In this document: one piece after another, positions 40,084 through 49,852 of the stretch
Layout: every line of letters begins with the position of its first letter
Position numbering within the stretch: position 1 is the stretch's first letter
Virus record (IMG/VR): IMGVR_UViG_3300037089_000506
Direction: 5' to 3' (one strand)
DNA length: 64,000 nucleotides
Origin: a virus
Notes under the pieces: model-generated
What the model was told of the DNA's origin: nothing
Database searches by the model: none
What the model saw: the letters and a program-made list of their open reading frames with translations, nothing else
Translations under genes and position numbers: made by a program

Positions 40084-40874
40084 TATTTATCCTTAAAGAT
40101 ATTATGTATCTCTACATCATCTATAACATCTTCAAACTTTAATGTTGTCTTTTTTTTAGACGTATGGTTCACTACAAAGGATTGTAAAGAATCTGAATAC
40201 CCATTTTTTTTAATCTCCTCTGGTTTCACCCTAGATACGAATAGCACGCCTTTTCCCTTATTGTCAATCCTCTCTCGTAGGAAAGCCTCGATATAAGGGG
40301 ACTGAGTGCCACTATCATAAACGGGAGAAGCATTCTTATCAAAGGCATCATCTATTATCAAAAGAGTAGCCTGGGCTCTTTTCATATATTCAGAAATCTT
40401 TTCTGCCTCTTCATCTCTAGGAAAGGGCTTACATACCATCGAAGAGAACTCTTTCATTGGAGTATAAAGAGCACTATATCCCTTACGAAAAAAGTGTAGC
40501 CCTACTGCTTGTGCTACTGTAGTTTTTTGAGTCTGGTCAATGCCATATATATACATACATATATTATGGAGTAAAATGTCTGTATCATACTCCTGTAGAA
40601 AGTTTAGAATTTTAATTATTTCTTTATAACTTTTAGTGCCTATATAAGAACTCACTAAATTATATTTAAGAGAGTTCTCATCTATCCATATATTATTCTT
40701 ATTAGCTTGAATAAGTAATTTACTTTGTTTTATCCATTCCTTATGACAATCACATTCTTGCACTGCTACATATGCTCCATTATCTACATAGTAAAATCCT
40801 GGTTGTTCCATAGGACCAGACTTTGATTTACACTTATTGCATTGTACATATCGTATCAGAGGAAGTTCATTCAT
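40083..40874 (-). CDS. DnaC/IstB-like helicase loader (degenerate Walker A)
   Basis: N-terminal CxxC...ECDC; YIYGIDQTQKTT; LLIIDD; directly upstream of dnaB. Confidence 0.7.
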   Translation of the reverse strand: MNELPLIRYVQCNKCKSKSGPMEQPGFYYVDNGAYVAVQECDCHKEWIKQSKLLIQANKNNIWIDENSLKYNLVSSYIGTKSYKEIIKILNFLQEYDTDILLHNICMYIYGIDQTQKTTVAQAVGLHFFRKGYSALYTPMKEFSSMVCKPFPRDEEAEKISEYMKRAQATLLIIDDAFDKNASPVYDSGTQSPYIEAFLRERIDNKGKGVLFVSRVKPEEIKKNGYSDSLQSFVVNHTSKKKTTLKFEDVIDDVEIHNIFKDK

Positions 40875-40890
40875 ATATAGCCTCTTTTCA

Positions 40891-40919
40891 ACTATACTAT
40901 ATTAGAGGAGGATTGTCAA
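40891..40919 (-). promoter_or_regulatory. Sigma70 promoter for loader/helicase genes
   Basis: Minus strand TTGACA (40919-40914), 17 nt, TATAGT (40896-40891). Confidence 0.82.
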
Positions 40920-41127
40920 CTACCACAGTCCAGTCAGTGGCAAGAATGTCTTGAGAATTTAGAAGGGCTTTATAATCTTCTATATGTATATCTATCTTAT
41001 CTTCTACTAAATGGATATAAATACTATTATTTTTGAGGTAATAAAAAACGTCTTGATGAGACTCCCTTTGAATTGATTTTCCTAATTTCAATACTTTTAA
41101 AGCACATGAGAAGTCCATACACTTCAT
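40897..41127 (-). CDS. DUF2829 / Tad2-like small protein
   Basis: MDFSCALKVLKLGKSIQR...SQDILATDWTVV matches the MxFxxALxxLKxGKxVxR...SQxDxLAxDW pattern. Confidence 0.65.
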   Translation of the reverse strand: MKCMDFSCALKVLKLGKSIQRESHQDVFYYLKNNSIYIHLVEDKIDIHIEDYKALLNSQDILATDWTVVVDNPPLI

Positions 41128-41342
41128 ATACGCCCCTCATCTATATATTCATAAATGGAACCATAGAAGTCAAGTTCCTCTGAAGCATCCACCATATTCT
41201 TTTTTTCCACGTATTCCTTTTCTTTTTCAATTGCTTTCCTTGCTAGTATTTTAGCTTCAATCATATTCATAGCTTCAAACTGTATTACGTTATTACACCA
41301 TGCTTCATTCTCACTATTGATTATCAATACATATTTCCTCAT
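41124..41342 (-). CDS. Hypothetical protein
   Basis: 72 aa, overlaps both neighbours in operon fashion. Confidence 0.6.
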   Translation of the reverse strand: MRKYVLIINSENEAWCNNVIQFEAMNMIEAKILARKAIEKEKEYVEKKNMVDASEELDFYGSIYEYIDEGRI

Positions 41343-43140
41343 AATCTACCTCCATATTGTATATCAATTGCACTTGCTTCAAGTCAAGATACTTCTCATT
41401 CAAGAAATTCCTGTTAATAAAATCTTTATCTTGTAGATTTTTATATCTAACTACATCTAAAGACTTTCCTATAACTAAATCATAAGTATAGCAGTTTTGT
41501 TGTTGTCCTATTCTATAAATTCTATATCCAGATTGGCTTTTAGTAGTGAAATTGAAATCAGTATCAAAGTAAATCTGCACGTTAGCCTTCACTATAGATA
41601 CGGATGTATTCAATACCTGTTCGCCAGCAATGAGAATAGTATACCCCTCATTCTCAAACTTGTCAATTATCTGCTTCTTATACTCGTCACGAGTAGTCTT
41701 GCGAGGAAGCTTAGATTCCCCATTCAATACTAATACCTGAAATTGCTTTTTCAATATAGTCTCTAAAGCAGACGCTACTAAAGGATGCGAAGTCCATATT
41801 ATTATTTTACTTTTTTTATGTTTTTCTATTAAATCTAGTAATGCTTCCATTTTACTATGGTTCTCAAATTTGAATGAGTCAATCAGCTTAATTACTTCAG
41901 GGGAAAATTCTGAACGTAATAGTAATTGTGGCATATCTATTGCCAACATTGCTACTTGAAAGGAGCTAATCACCGAACGTGCATCTAAAGCCCCCGCTGT
42001 ATCCTTTATTTTCTGTAGTGTTTCCATTACTACAGCTTGATATAAGTTTTTATGCTCATCGCTGAATTCAACATAATAAGGTCTAATATAATTTTCAGGT
42101 AATAATAATACATCAGAAGCAAACCTGCGAGTACAATGATTTTTTACAAGTATCTGTAATTCTTCTGCTTTATCCTTCCTAATATCCTTAACGTTATATT
42201 TAGAATATTTATCTCCAACTACAAAATATTCCTGAGCCCAATTTGTAAAGGACTTATTCTTTACTAATGCAGTGTCCATAAGCTTTAGCTGAGAATAATA
42301 CTTCCACTCTCTTTCGGCTGGAGTTCCAGTAGCACAATAAACATAATAGAAATAAGGAGCTATTAAATCTACCACTTTGGATTGGCGAGCTTGAGGATTA
42401 GAACACTGATGAGACTCATCTAATATAAGCATTCCTCTATCCTCATTCAACCATTGCTCTATCGGTATAGGACACTTTTTATATATTTTACTTTTATTAC
42501 CTTGATATTCATCAGATACCAAAAGGAAAGAACGATAACTCATTATTATTACATTGGAGTCATTATCAAAGGGTTTACGATTCTTTACTCCCCCTATCTC
42601 TATCTGCTCTTGGGTGAAATGACTAAACTTCTGTAAATCAATATAAAGATTATAGGTGCCTGAATTTGAGGTTAATATAACTATCTTTTTTAATCCTTTT
42701 AATTTAGAATATAAATCTGCTGCTGTGAATAGTTCATAGGATTTGCCTGTTCCCATCTCATTGAATAGTAGATGTCTATTAGTAGACATCAATTTTTGTA
42801 TATCCTCATACTGATAGTTCTCATAAGGCTCTTTACCTTTAATTGGGGGTAGTTTAATATCCTCTAAAGAAAAGGGTATTCTATATTTTTGTATTTGAGT
42901 TCCAACCTTAGTTGGTAATAAAGATAATTCATTTTCTGTATTAATATCAATATCTAAACGTGCAATCTCAGTCAAGCCCTCATAGATATCTTCATATCTA
43001 TTTACTGGAATGATATAATAATGCCCTTTTTTATTATAGGTGCAACCCTCTTTGTGGAAGAAGGCAACGAGTTTAGCGAAGTCATCACCTTTTATTGTTG
43101 CGTGTATAGTATTATTTACTACATTTAATTTTACTGGCAT
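41314..43140 (-). CDS. SNF2-family helicase/ATPase
   Basis: LFNEMGTGKS, ILDESH, ATGTP, SKMEALLDLI, KIIIW, RIYRIGQ. Confidence 0.9.
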   Translation of the reverse strand: MPVKLNVVNNTIHATIKGDDFAKLVAFFHKEGCTYNKKGHYYIIPVNRYEDIYEGLTEIARLDIDINTENELSLLPTKVGTQIQKYRIPFSLEDIKLPPIKGKEPYENYQYEDIQKLMSTNRHLLFNEMGTGKSYELFTAADLYSKLKGLKKIVILTSNSGTYNLYIDLQKFSHFTQEQIEIGGVKNRKPFDNDSNVIIMSYRSFLLVSDEYQGNKSKIYKKCPIPIEQWLNEDRGMLILDESHQCSNPQARQSKVVDLIAPYFYYVYCATGTPAEREWKYYSQLKLMDTALVKNKSFTNWAQEYFVVGDKYSKYNVKDIRKDKAEELQILVKNHCTRRFASDVLLLPENYIRPYYVEFSDEHKNLYQAVVMETLQKIKDTAGALDARSVISSFQVAMLAIDMPQLLLRSEFSPEVIKLIDSFKFENHSKMEALLDLIEKHKKSKIIIWTSHPLVASALETILKKQFQVLVLNGESKLPRKTTRDEYKKQIIDKFENEGYTILIAGEQVLNTSVSIVKANVQIYFDTDFNFTTKSQSGYRIYRIGQQQNCYTYDLVIGKSLDVVRYKNLQDKDFINRNFLNEKYLDLKQVQLIYNMEVDYEEICIDNQ

Positions 43141-43170
43141 TAATTCCTCAATATATTATTCCATACATTT

Positions 43171-43995
43171 TTATTTAGTATCAGAATACTCCTCCAAAAA
43201 CTTTTCAAAGTCTACTCCTTTTTTATAGTAATGATCCTTATTTTCTAAATCTACTATTTGTATATCAATTAAAAATTTAACCCCCTGCTGCCACTTTTCC
43301 TCTATCTCAAATACTTCTTTTAATTTAGGTATTACTTCTAGTATTCTATCTTTATCCACATATGCATCCAGAGAATCATGTACAAAACCAATAGTTTCAA
43401 CAGAGGCTTTACACTCATTATCTCCAGAATTCCATTTTAATGCTGCTATTGCTACTACTGCTGATTCATCAGTTTGTATAGTGCTATTAGCACAAATATT
43501 TACAAGCCCTGAGGCTTCTTTCAAATTTTCATCTCGCCTATACCTACCTGTATCTGGATTCGTTGCCAAAGATAATAAAGGTACTCTACGAATTCCTCCA
43601 TGGAAAGAACGAATATAGCCGACTGTCTTCCCCAACTCCTCATTTCTCTTTATTCGTTTCATTAAACCTTTATATGTATCAAAAAAATTATCTCTAATGA
43701 ATTTGGCTACAGCATAATATGACCAAAGCTTACTATCAATATTTGAATATTTTTCCTGCATCTCCTTGACTATATCTTCTAGGTGTCTCTCTTTTACAAA
43801 CTCCTGTACTCGCTCATAGGACCATGATGTTTCCAGGGTAGAAGAGCTAAACTTCTTGAAAGACATACCAAATATCATACCAAAATTAATACCTTTGCTA
43901 TCTTGTCTAAAGGTAGAAAATGGCTTTATCTTCTTTAGCCGCAAGAATTCTTCTTCTGTAATAGTTCTATTTGTTGTTACTCGTTTTATCTTCAC
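43171..43995 (-). CDS. Family A DNA polymerase, C-terminal fragment only (motifs B and C)
   Basis: RQDSKGINFGMIFG (motif B), GYIRSFHGGIRR, NSTIQ, VHDS (motif C); motif A absent. Start moved to GTG 43995 because the track's first codons overlap a sigma70 promoter. Confidence 0.85.
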   Translation of the reverse strand: MKIKRVTTNRTITEEEFLRLKKIKPFSTFRQDSKGINFGMIFGMSFKKFSSSTLETSWSYERVQEFVKERHLEDIVKEMQEKYSNIDSKLWSYYAVAKFIRDNFFDTYKGLMKRIKRNEELGKTVGYIRSFHGGIRRVPLLSLATNPDTGRYRRDENLKEASGLVNICANSTIQTDESAVVAIAALKWNSGDNECKASVETIGFVHDSLDAYVDKDRILEVIPKLKEVFEIEEKWQQGVKFLIDIQIVDLENKDHYYKKGVDFEKFLEEYSDTK

Positions 43996-44001
43996 ATGTA
44001 G

Positions 44002-44030
44002 AGTATATCCTTCTTCGTGATAAAAGTCAA
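44002..44030 (-). promoter_or_regulatory. Sigma70 promoter for the polymerase fragment/SNF2 operon
   Basis: Minus strand TTGACT (44030-44025), 17 nt, TATACT (44007-44002); GTG 6 nt downstream. Confidence 0.85.
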
Positions 44031-44156
44031 TACCCACATATAATTTTCACTATATATAATTCTATAAATACTACGCTATTGATTCTTCGAAATCCAGGCT
44101 AACATTACTAATATAATACAATAAATATAATAAGAATAATATTAGGGGTACCCCTG

Positions 44157-44185
44157 TTGACATTTTTAAATTTAGAGAGTATACT
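44157..44185 (+). promoter_or_regulatory. Sigma70 promoter (divergent)
   Basis: TTGACA 44157-44162, 17 nt, TATACT 44180-44185. Confidence 0.88.
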
Positions 44186-44203
44186 ATAATGAAGAGGTAA
44201 ATT

Positions 44204-45571
44204 TTGCTCAAAACTTTACAATATATTGCATTCTTCGGGTTAGCAATAGTTTCTACTGGATTAGGAATAATTTTATACACTGGATTATCTCATGATTTAT
44301 TATCTTTTCTCATAATGCTTATTGTAGCAGGAGTTATTGAAGCTGTCAAGATACTATGCTTAACTTGGTATAACACATCATTCTGGCAAGCTGATCAATT
44401 AAAAGCTAGATATATTGATGAATTTATCAAGGGTATGTTCAAGTCACAAAACTTAAAAAAAATAAAGGATGGTAAACTCCTTAAAACTGTTGAATCTTAT
44501 TTAAGGCATAGACGACAAGGTAAAACTCGATTTATTATTTATCTTTTTGCTGCTTTCCTATCTATATCTGCCTCGTATGGTTACATAGCACAATCAGTAT
44601 ATTTAACTACCCAAGCCAAAATATCAGTAGTGACTACTGATTCCCAAAATATTTACACTGAGAAATTGAAGGCTATAGATGATAGAATACTCCAAGATAA
44701 AAAACTGAATATTGACTATGCTAAAAATCAAGGACTATTGGACTCACAAAATGATACAGATTTTCAAAAGAAATATGATGCTTATCAAAAAAGAATAGAC
44801 AAGAACAATGATGATATACAAAAGCAATTAGACTTGAAACAAACAAATAATGAGACTTTACAGAACCTGAGATTAGGGGACATAAAAATTAATAGCACCA
44901 AAGGTCGCACAATGTATCAGTTGATGGGAGACTCTTTAGGTATGTCTGATAGAACTGTTATGTTTATATTACTCTATTTGCTCGCCATTATGATTGAGGT
45001 AGGTCTGTTCATTACCTCTCCACATTTTAACACTATGGATAAAGAAGATGAAGAAGAAAAATCTATTACAACTAAGCTTGAACAGGGCATACAAGAAAAA
45101 GAATACAGGAAGTTAAAGCCAGGGGAAATAAAAGAGGCTTTTGATAAGGAGAAGGAGGGGGCTGTATATATAAAACCTGAATTTGAGGGTATGCAAGAAG
45201 AAGTAAACGAGTTTATTAAATTGAATCCACCTGAACCTAAGAAAGAATTTCATGAAGTTTCAGAGGGATTTCCTGTAGGTGTAATAGAGCCTCCCCCTGA
45301 AGTAGTACCTCCTTTAATTCGTAAGGTTATTGATAGGGATAAGTTGATTGATGCTTTTATTGATAATCTCTTCGACGAGAAGGGTAAAATGTTAAATCGA
45401 GAAGATGTAGCGGCAAAGGTAGAATTACCTTTATTCCATGCTGTTAAGATTACAGATTTTCTTACTCATAGTACTATGGTACAGTTCCGACCTCCTACTA
45501 GTTTCTATAAAATAGCATCTATAAAGGAGATGAAGAAAGCAATGGGACAATTATATCAAGGAGAAAAATAA
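44204..45571 (+). CDS. Multi-TM membrane protein with coiled coil
   Basis: TTG start with GAGGT RBS; two N-terminal TMs, a third TM, a coiled coil, a fourth TM and an HTH-like tail. Confidence 0.75.
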   Translation: MLKTLQYIAFFGLAIVSTGLGIILYTGLSHDLLSFLIMLIVAGVIEAVKILCLTWYNTSFWQADQLKARYIDEFIKGMFKSQNLKKIKDGKLLKTVESYLRHRRQGKTRFIIYLFAAFLSISASYGYIAQSVYLTTQAKISVVTTDSQNIYTEKLKAIDDRILQDKKLNIDYAKNQGLLDSQNDTDFQKKYDAYQKRIDKNNDDIQKQLDLKQTNNETLQNLRLGDIKINSTKGRTMYQLMGDSLGMSDRTVMFILLYLLAIMIEVGLFITSPHFNTMDKEDEEEKSITTKLEQGIQEKEYRKLKPGEIKEAFDKEKEGAVYIKPEFEGMQEEVNEFIKLNPPEPKKEFHEVSEGFPVGVIEPPPEVVPPLIRKVIDRDKLIDAFIDNLFDEKGKMLNREDVAAKVELPLFHAVKITDFLTHSTMVQFRPPTSFYKIASIKEMKKAMGQLYQGEK

Positions 45572-45933
45572 TGAGCAATAATAACCTAAAAATAAATGAA
45601 TATGAAACCTCACTTATGAATGAGATTTCAGCCATATCAACCTATAAACTATTAACAGTTAGGAATGTATTGGAATCAGCATTTTTACGTCAGATTGAAT
45701 CTTTACTTGCAGGAGAAGATATTCATATTCCTTTTATTGGTACCCTACATATAGACTATGAAGGTGATGATTATGTGTCGGGAGCTAAAGTAGCCAAGTT
45801 CACACCCCTCTTGACACCATCTAATTTATTCATTAGACTTGTAGGTGATGCTCATGATGGTAAGGGAGATATAATTTGGCAGATATCGGAAAAGAAGATA
45901 AGAGCAGCAGCGCAAAAAAAACTAGAGGAATAA
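45571..45933 (+). CDS. HU/IHF-like DNA-binding protein
   Basis: VRNVLESAFLRQIESLLAGEDIHIPFIGTLHI resembles the HU helix-GxxVxLxGFGxF arrangement. Confidence 0.55.
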   Translation: MSNNNLKINEYETSLMNEISAISTYKLLTVRNVLESAFLRQIESLLAGEDIHIPFIGTLHIDYEGDDYVSGAKVAKFTPLLTPSNLFIRLVGDAHDGKGDIIWQISEKKIRAAAQKKLEE

Positions 45934-45940
45934 AAGGAAA

Positions 45941-46456
45941 ATGAGTAGTTATTTTCGTGAATTTACTAAAGAAGAGAGAATTAAATATAATGCTGCTTTA
46001 ATGAAGATGGCAATAAAAAAGGAGAAGAAAGTGTTAGAGTATACAGGGTTTGATTTGAAAGCACAGCGATATATTCGGATGGGAGGGCAATCCTTAATCT
46101 TTGTAAAGGCAATGCCTAATAACAATATATTAGGAGCAGTAAATAAAGTTCAGCTACCTTCAGGTGAATATATGTATAATTTAGAACCAGGAGCGTATAA
46201 AGTAGAGTTCACCGATGCTCTTCCTTTCAAGTGGCAGGAGCCTGTATTTCATTATCTTCAGCAATATCGGCTAATTGATGCTGGTATGCATCTGACATTA
46301 AATTTCAATCCTTTCTGTGGTATTCTAAACGTGGAGTATAAAGCATTGATTGAAGATGGTACTACGTTAGCTACATTAATGTGGGGGGCAATTCCTCATG
46401 AGTATGGTGATTTATTGGAGCATACAGCAGCCGTAAATAGGATTGTATATCCTTAG
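45941..46456 (+). CDS. Degenerate dUTPase/dCTP-deaminase-fold protein
   Basis: GFDLK and YNLEPGAYKVEF match the fold; catalytic RSS and DxGYxG motifs not seen. Confidence 0.45.
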   Translation: MSSYFREFTKEERIKYNAALMKMAIKKEKKVLEYTGFDLKAQRYIRMGGQSLIFVKAMPNNNILGAVNKVQLPSGEYMYNLEPGAYKVEFTDALPFKWQEPVFHYLQQYRLIDAGMHLTLNFNPFCGILNVEYKALIEDGTTLATLMWGAIPHEYGDLLEHTAAVNRIVYP

Positions 46457-46464
46457 GAGTAAAT

Positions 46465-46929
46465 ATGAAAGCGAATGATTTACCTACTACACCTACAAAC
46501 ATACAGAAACTCTCTAAAACATCATTGGAGAAGTATATCAAAGAACATGAGTCTTCGCTAGGAAAAGAGAGAGAATTAATAAATAAGGCGGAAGAAGTAT
46601 TGGAAAGAGTATTTTTAGATAAGAAGAGAAAAGCTAATATAGGCAAGTGCTATAAGTATAGTAATAGTTATAGCTCTGATGATACTTGGGATCAATATGA
46701 TATAATAAAAGATTATATTGTTAGTGAAGGGGGTTGGGGTTATGGTCAATATAGAGTTCTCACTTTCTATGAGAATGAGAACGAGAGTTCTATAGAATTA
46801 CATTTAAAGGATATAGGGATGTTTATGGAAATGGAAGATTATAAGTATCGTCCTATTACAGAAGAAGAGGCTCAGGTAGCATTAAATAGGGTTATGGAAA
46901 AATTGATTGGAACACCTTATGGAGGTTGA
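46465..46929 (+). CDS. Hypothetical protein
   Basis: 154 aa, AGGAG RBS. Confidence 0.7.
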   Translation: MKANDLPTTPTNIQKLSKTSLEKYIKEHESSLGKERELINKAEEVLERVFLDKKRKANIGKCYKYSNSYSSDDTWDQYDIIKDYIVSEGGWGYGQYRVLTFYENENESSIELHLKDIGMFMEMEDYKYRPITEEEAQVALNRVMEKLIGTPYGG

Positions 46930-46932
46930 ATT

Positions 46933-47316
46933 ATGGATTATAAAGAAGTAATGGCAGTATTACCTCAAGATTATAATACTTATTATGAAAAAATAATAAA
47001 TGATATTTTTTGTTATGCCTTTTCCGAGTATGAAATAGAGAACTTAGGGGAGGTACTGAAGAAAAAAAGAGATGCAGGATTAAAAAAATATGGTGAATTG
47101 TCTTTTCAATCTTCCTTTGTTAATTCCATGAACTCCCCTACGTTAGAACATGCTAAAGAAGAATTGCTCGATTCTATGAATTATATTGCCCATGAAATAT
47201 TTAAGAGTATGCTTTTGTATCCTCATGAAACTAGAAGTTTACAACAGATACTACATCATTTAGCTATTATTTATGAAAATATAGAAGGAGTAGAAGAGGA
47301 GAAAAATCATGCGTGA
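46933..47316 (+). CDS. MazG-like nucleotide pyrophosphohydrolase candidate
   Basis: KRDAGLKKYG and LEHAKEELLDSMNY. Confidence 0.5.
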   Translation: MDYKEVMAVLPQDYNTYYEKIINDIFCYAFSEYEIENLGEVLKKKRDAGLKKYGELSFQSSFVNSMNSPTLEHAKEELLDSMNYIAHEIFKSMLLYPHETRSLQQILHHLAIIYENIEGVEEEKNHA

Positions 47317-47713
47317 AATAAAGTTTAGAGCATGGCATGATATAGACAAGAAATGGTTACATGGATATGAAATGCATAACGAGGGATGCTCTATATATGG
47401 AGAAATAATAATTACAGGTAATTGGTTAAATGAAATGCATGGCCTGCTTGATATAAATAATATAATTGTCGAGCAGTACACCGGACTCAAGGATAAAAAA
47501 GGGCAGGATATTTATGAGGGGGATATATTAGGATTCCTAAACAATGAGGGATATACTGTAAAAAGCTCAATAGTATGGGATTATGGTGTTTTTTGGTTTG
47601 GAAATGATTGGATTCTTGGAGTTGATGTTCAACAACTACCAATAGAAGTCGTTGGCAACATCCACGAAAATCCGGAATTATTGGAGGCAGAAGATGTGGG
47701 AAATAAAGTTTAG
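47309..47713 (+). CDS. YopX-family protein
   Basis: MREIKFRAW, EQYTGLKDKKGQDIYEGDIL, EVVGNIHENPELL. Confidence 0.9.
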   Translation: MREIKFRAWHDIDKKWLHGYEMHNEGCSIYGEIIITGNWLNEMHGLLDINNIIVEQYTGLKDKKGQDIYEGDILGFLNNEGYTVKSSIVWDYGVFWFGNDWILGVDVQQLPIEVVGNIHENPELLEAEDVGNKV

Positions 47714-48134
47714 AGCTAAAGTATTAGGCAGAGATTATCAATGGGTATATGGACAATATTTTATTACTCCTTTGACTGATGAGAATTCTGGAGAAAAAAT
47801 AGAATCAGGAATGTATTTTTTATCTGGAATTGATGTTAAGCCTCATCATTGTATTGTGCAGAATGATGTTGCTTTCACTATTGATATAAATACATTAGGA
47901 CAGTTTATAGGGCTGTATGATAAGAATAAAAAAGAAATTTATGAAGGGGATATTCTTAAATCTTTACGGAAATATACATATATGTATGATACTGGATATA
48001 AAGGGCATATACGATATAGACAACATTATGCTGATTATGAATATGGTGAACTTGGTGGACAGATTACGCAAGCTAAAGCAAAATTTTGTGAGATTATTGG
48101 CAACATCCACGATAACCCTGAATTACTATCTTGA
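47694..48134 (+). CDS. YopX-family protein (second copy)
   Basis: MWEIKFRAK, TLGQFIGLYDKNKKEIYEGDIL, EIIGNIHDNPELL. Confidence 0.9.
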   Translation: MWEIKFRAKVLGRDYQWVYGQYFITPLTDENSGEKIESGMYFLSGIDVKPHHCIVQNDVAFTIDINTLGQFIGLYDKNKKEIYEGDILKSLRKYTYMYDTGYKGHIRYRQHYADYEYGELGGQITQAKAKFCEIIGNIHDNPELLS

Positions 48135-48159
48135 CTTTAATTTGAATTAATAGTATAGT
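48131..48159 (+). promoter_or_regulatory. Sigma70 promoter
   Basis: TTGACT 48131-48136, 17 nt, TATAGT 48154-48159. Confidence 0.85.
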
Positions 48160-48176
48160 TCAATAAGGAGGATACT

Positions 48177-48743
48177 ATGGGTACCAGAGGAGCATATGGG
48201 TTTTACAAAGATGGGGTTTCAAAAATAACTTACAATCATTTTGATTCTGATCTAGAATATTTAGGCAAAGATATAATAAAATATATAAAGAATAGGTCTA
48301 TACAAGATATAAATAATGATTTTGCTGTTATTACTATGGTTAATAGTAATGATAAGCCCACTACAGAGCAATTTCTAAAGTGTGCTGAATACTATAATAA
48401 AAATGTAAATTCAAAATCTCCTGAAGATTGGTATTGTGTATTACGTGATATTCAGGGTGATTTGTTAGCCCATTCTAAAGTTGGGCTTATGATTGATAAT
48501 CAAGAGTTTATGAAAGATTCATTATTCTGTGAATATGCATATATTATCAATTTGGATACAAATGTATTGGAAATATATGAAGGTTTTCAGAAAAAAAGAA
48601 GTGATACTCGTTATCAGCCTGATAAACCAGAGGGACAGGGATATTGGGGTTGTAAGTTGATAAAGGAAATCTCCTTAGTAGATACCGATGCCGGTATTGA
48701 CAAGAAGTTTAATGCGCTCATAAAGGAAATGGAGGGTAAATGA
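48177..48743 (+). CDS. Conserved phage hypothetical protein
   Basis: AAGGAGG RBS; MGTRGAYGF...YNHFDS...CEYAYIINLD pattern. Confidence 0.75.
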   Translation: MGTRGAYGFYKDGVSKITYNHFDSDLEYLGKDIIKYIKNRSIQDINNDFAVITMVNSNDKPTTEQFLKCAEYYNKNVNSKSPEDWYCVLRDIQGDLLAHSKVGLMIDNQEFMKDSLFCEYAYIINLDTNVLEIYEGFQKKRSDTRYQPDKPEGQGYWGCKLIKEISLVDTDAGIDKKFNALIKEMEGK

Positions 48744-49342
48744 AGATAGGGATAACAGGAGCGCAATCTGTAGGTAAAACTACACTTATACAGGAATTAA
48801 TAAAAGCTCCTTATTTCAAGGATTATCATGTATTTGATTCTCCTACTCGATACTTGAAACAAAAATATGATATAGGATTTGATACTGCTAATACTGATAT
48901 ACAATTGACTACATTAGCATTACAACTCTATCATGTTAATCAGTATAAGAATGCTTTTTTTGATAGAACAGTGATAGATAATCTTTCCTATTATTTTTAT
49001 CATCAAAAACGACATAATAGTAATATGTCTCGTGGTGCTATTAACTTTATGTTTGATATGTCTCATGAATTTATGAAATATATTGATATTGTTTTTGTTA
49101 TCAATTCTGAATTCCCTATTGAGACAGATGGGGTAAGAATTGTAGATGAAAAACAACGACAAGAAATAACAGAAATATTAACAAGACTCCTACCTGATTT
49201 TGCTCATGATAAGTTTGAATACATATCTGGACCTATTGACAAACGAGTAGAGCAAGTATTATCTTATTGTAAGAAGCTGGAGGCTATAGATGAAGAAGAT
49301 TATACTCATGTTGCTTCTCTGTCTAAATACAGTTCTTATTAG
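48740..49342 (+). CDS. P-loop NTPase (AAA_28/NadR-kinase-like)
   Basis: MKIGITGAQSVGKTTL, FFDRTVIDN, ETDGVR. Confidence 0.85.
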   Translation: MKIGITGAQSVGKTTLIQELIKAPYFKDYHVFDSPTRYLKQKYDIGFDTANTDIQLTTLALQLYHVNQYKNAFFDRTVIDNLSYYFYHQKRHNSNMSRGAINFMFDMSHEFMKYIDIVFVINSEFPIETDGVRIVDEKQRQEITEILTRLLPDFAHDKFEYISGPIDKRVEQVLSYCKKLEAIDEEDYTHVASLSKYSSY

Positions 49343-49646
49343 TGCTCAGAAGGATGTATTTAATCCAGTTAGCACTGATATAGTTCAGGGACTATATAGA
49401 GTAATGCCCCCATCTCATTCACCATATTCTTTTGTTCTATTTGCTAAATCTACTGTGGCTATGATGAATGATATATATTTGACTATTATAGAATATCCTT
49501 TTATATTGACACAGAAAGGAAATGCAACTAAATTTCTATATATAGAAAATATAGAATATATATATCAGGAAAAGGGAGATAGAATAATACTTATTCCTTA
49601 TGAGACTGATGGATTACAAATGATATATTTGGAGAAAGTAAAATGA
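49290..49646 (+). CDS. Secreted/exported hypothetical protein
   Basis: MKKIILMLLLCLNTVLISA signal peptide. Confidence 0.6.
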   Translation: MKKIILMLLLCLNTVLISAQKDVFNPVSTDIVQGLYRVMPPSHSPYSFVLFAKSTVAMMNDIYLTIIEYPFILTQKGNATKFLYIENIEYIYQEKGDRIILIPYETDGLQMIYLEKVK

Positions 49647-49852
49647 AATTTAGGTTAATAAATCATCTTATTGCTACTCTAGGTGGGTACTTCTGGCTAC
49701 CATGTCCTACATGTGGGCAGATGATGGGTGGGCATGAGTGGTATAAATCTGGTTATGCTTCTATTCCTAGTGATATCCATCGGTCTAGGGGTATATGTTT
49801 AGATTGTGCTAAAGAGCAAAAATTAGGAAAATTTGGTGAAACGAAATTGTAA
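49643..49852 (+). CDS. Small Zn-binding hypothetical protein
   Basis: CPTC and CLDC. Confidence 0.6.
   Translation: MKFRLINHLIATLGGYFWLPCPTCGQMMGGHEWYKSGYASIPSDIHRSRGICLDCAKEQKLGKFGETKL

Noticed and set aside
43950-43995. Split-intein C-fragment at the start of the polymerase half (VKIKRV...)
   Set aside because: No F-block Asp and no His-Asn followed by Cys/Ser/Thr; the sequence runs straight into polymerase helices.
44071-44280. 69-aa minus-strand ORF
   Set aside because: It overlaps the + strand promoter and the start of the membrane protein gene, and is low-complexity AT-rich sequence.
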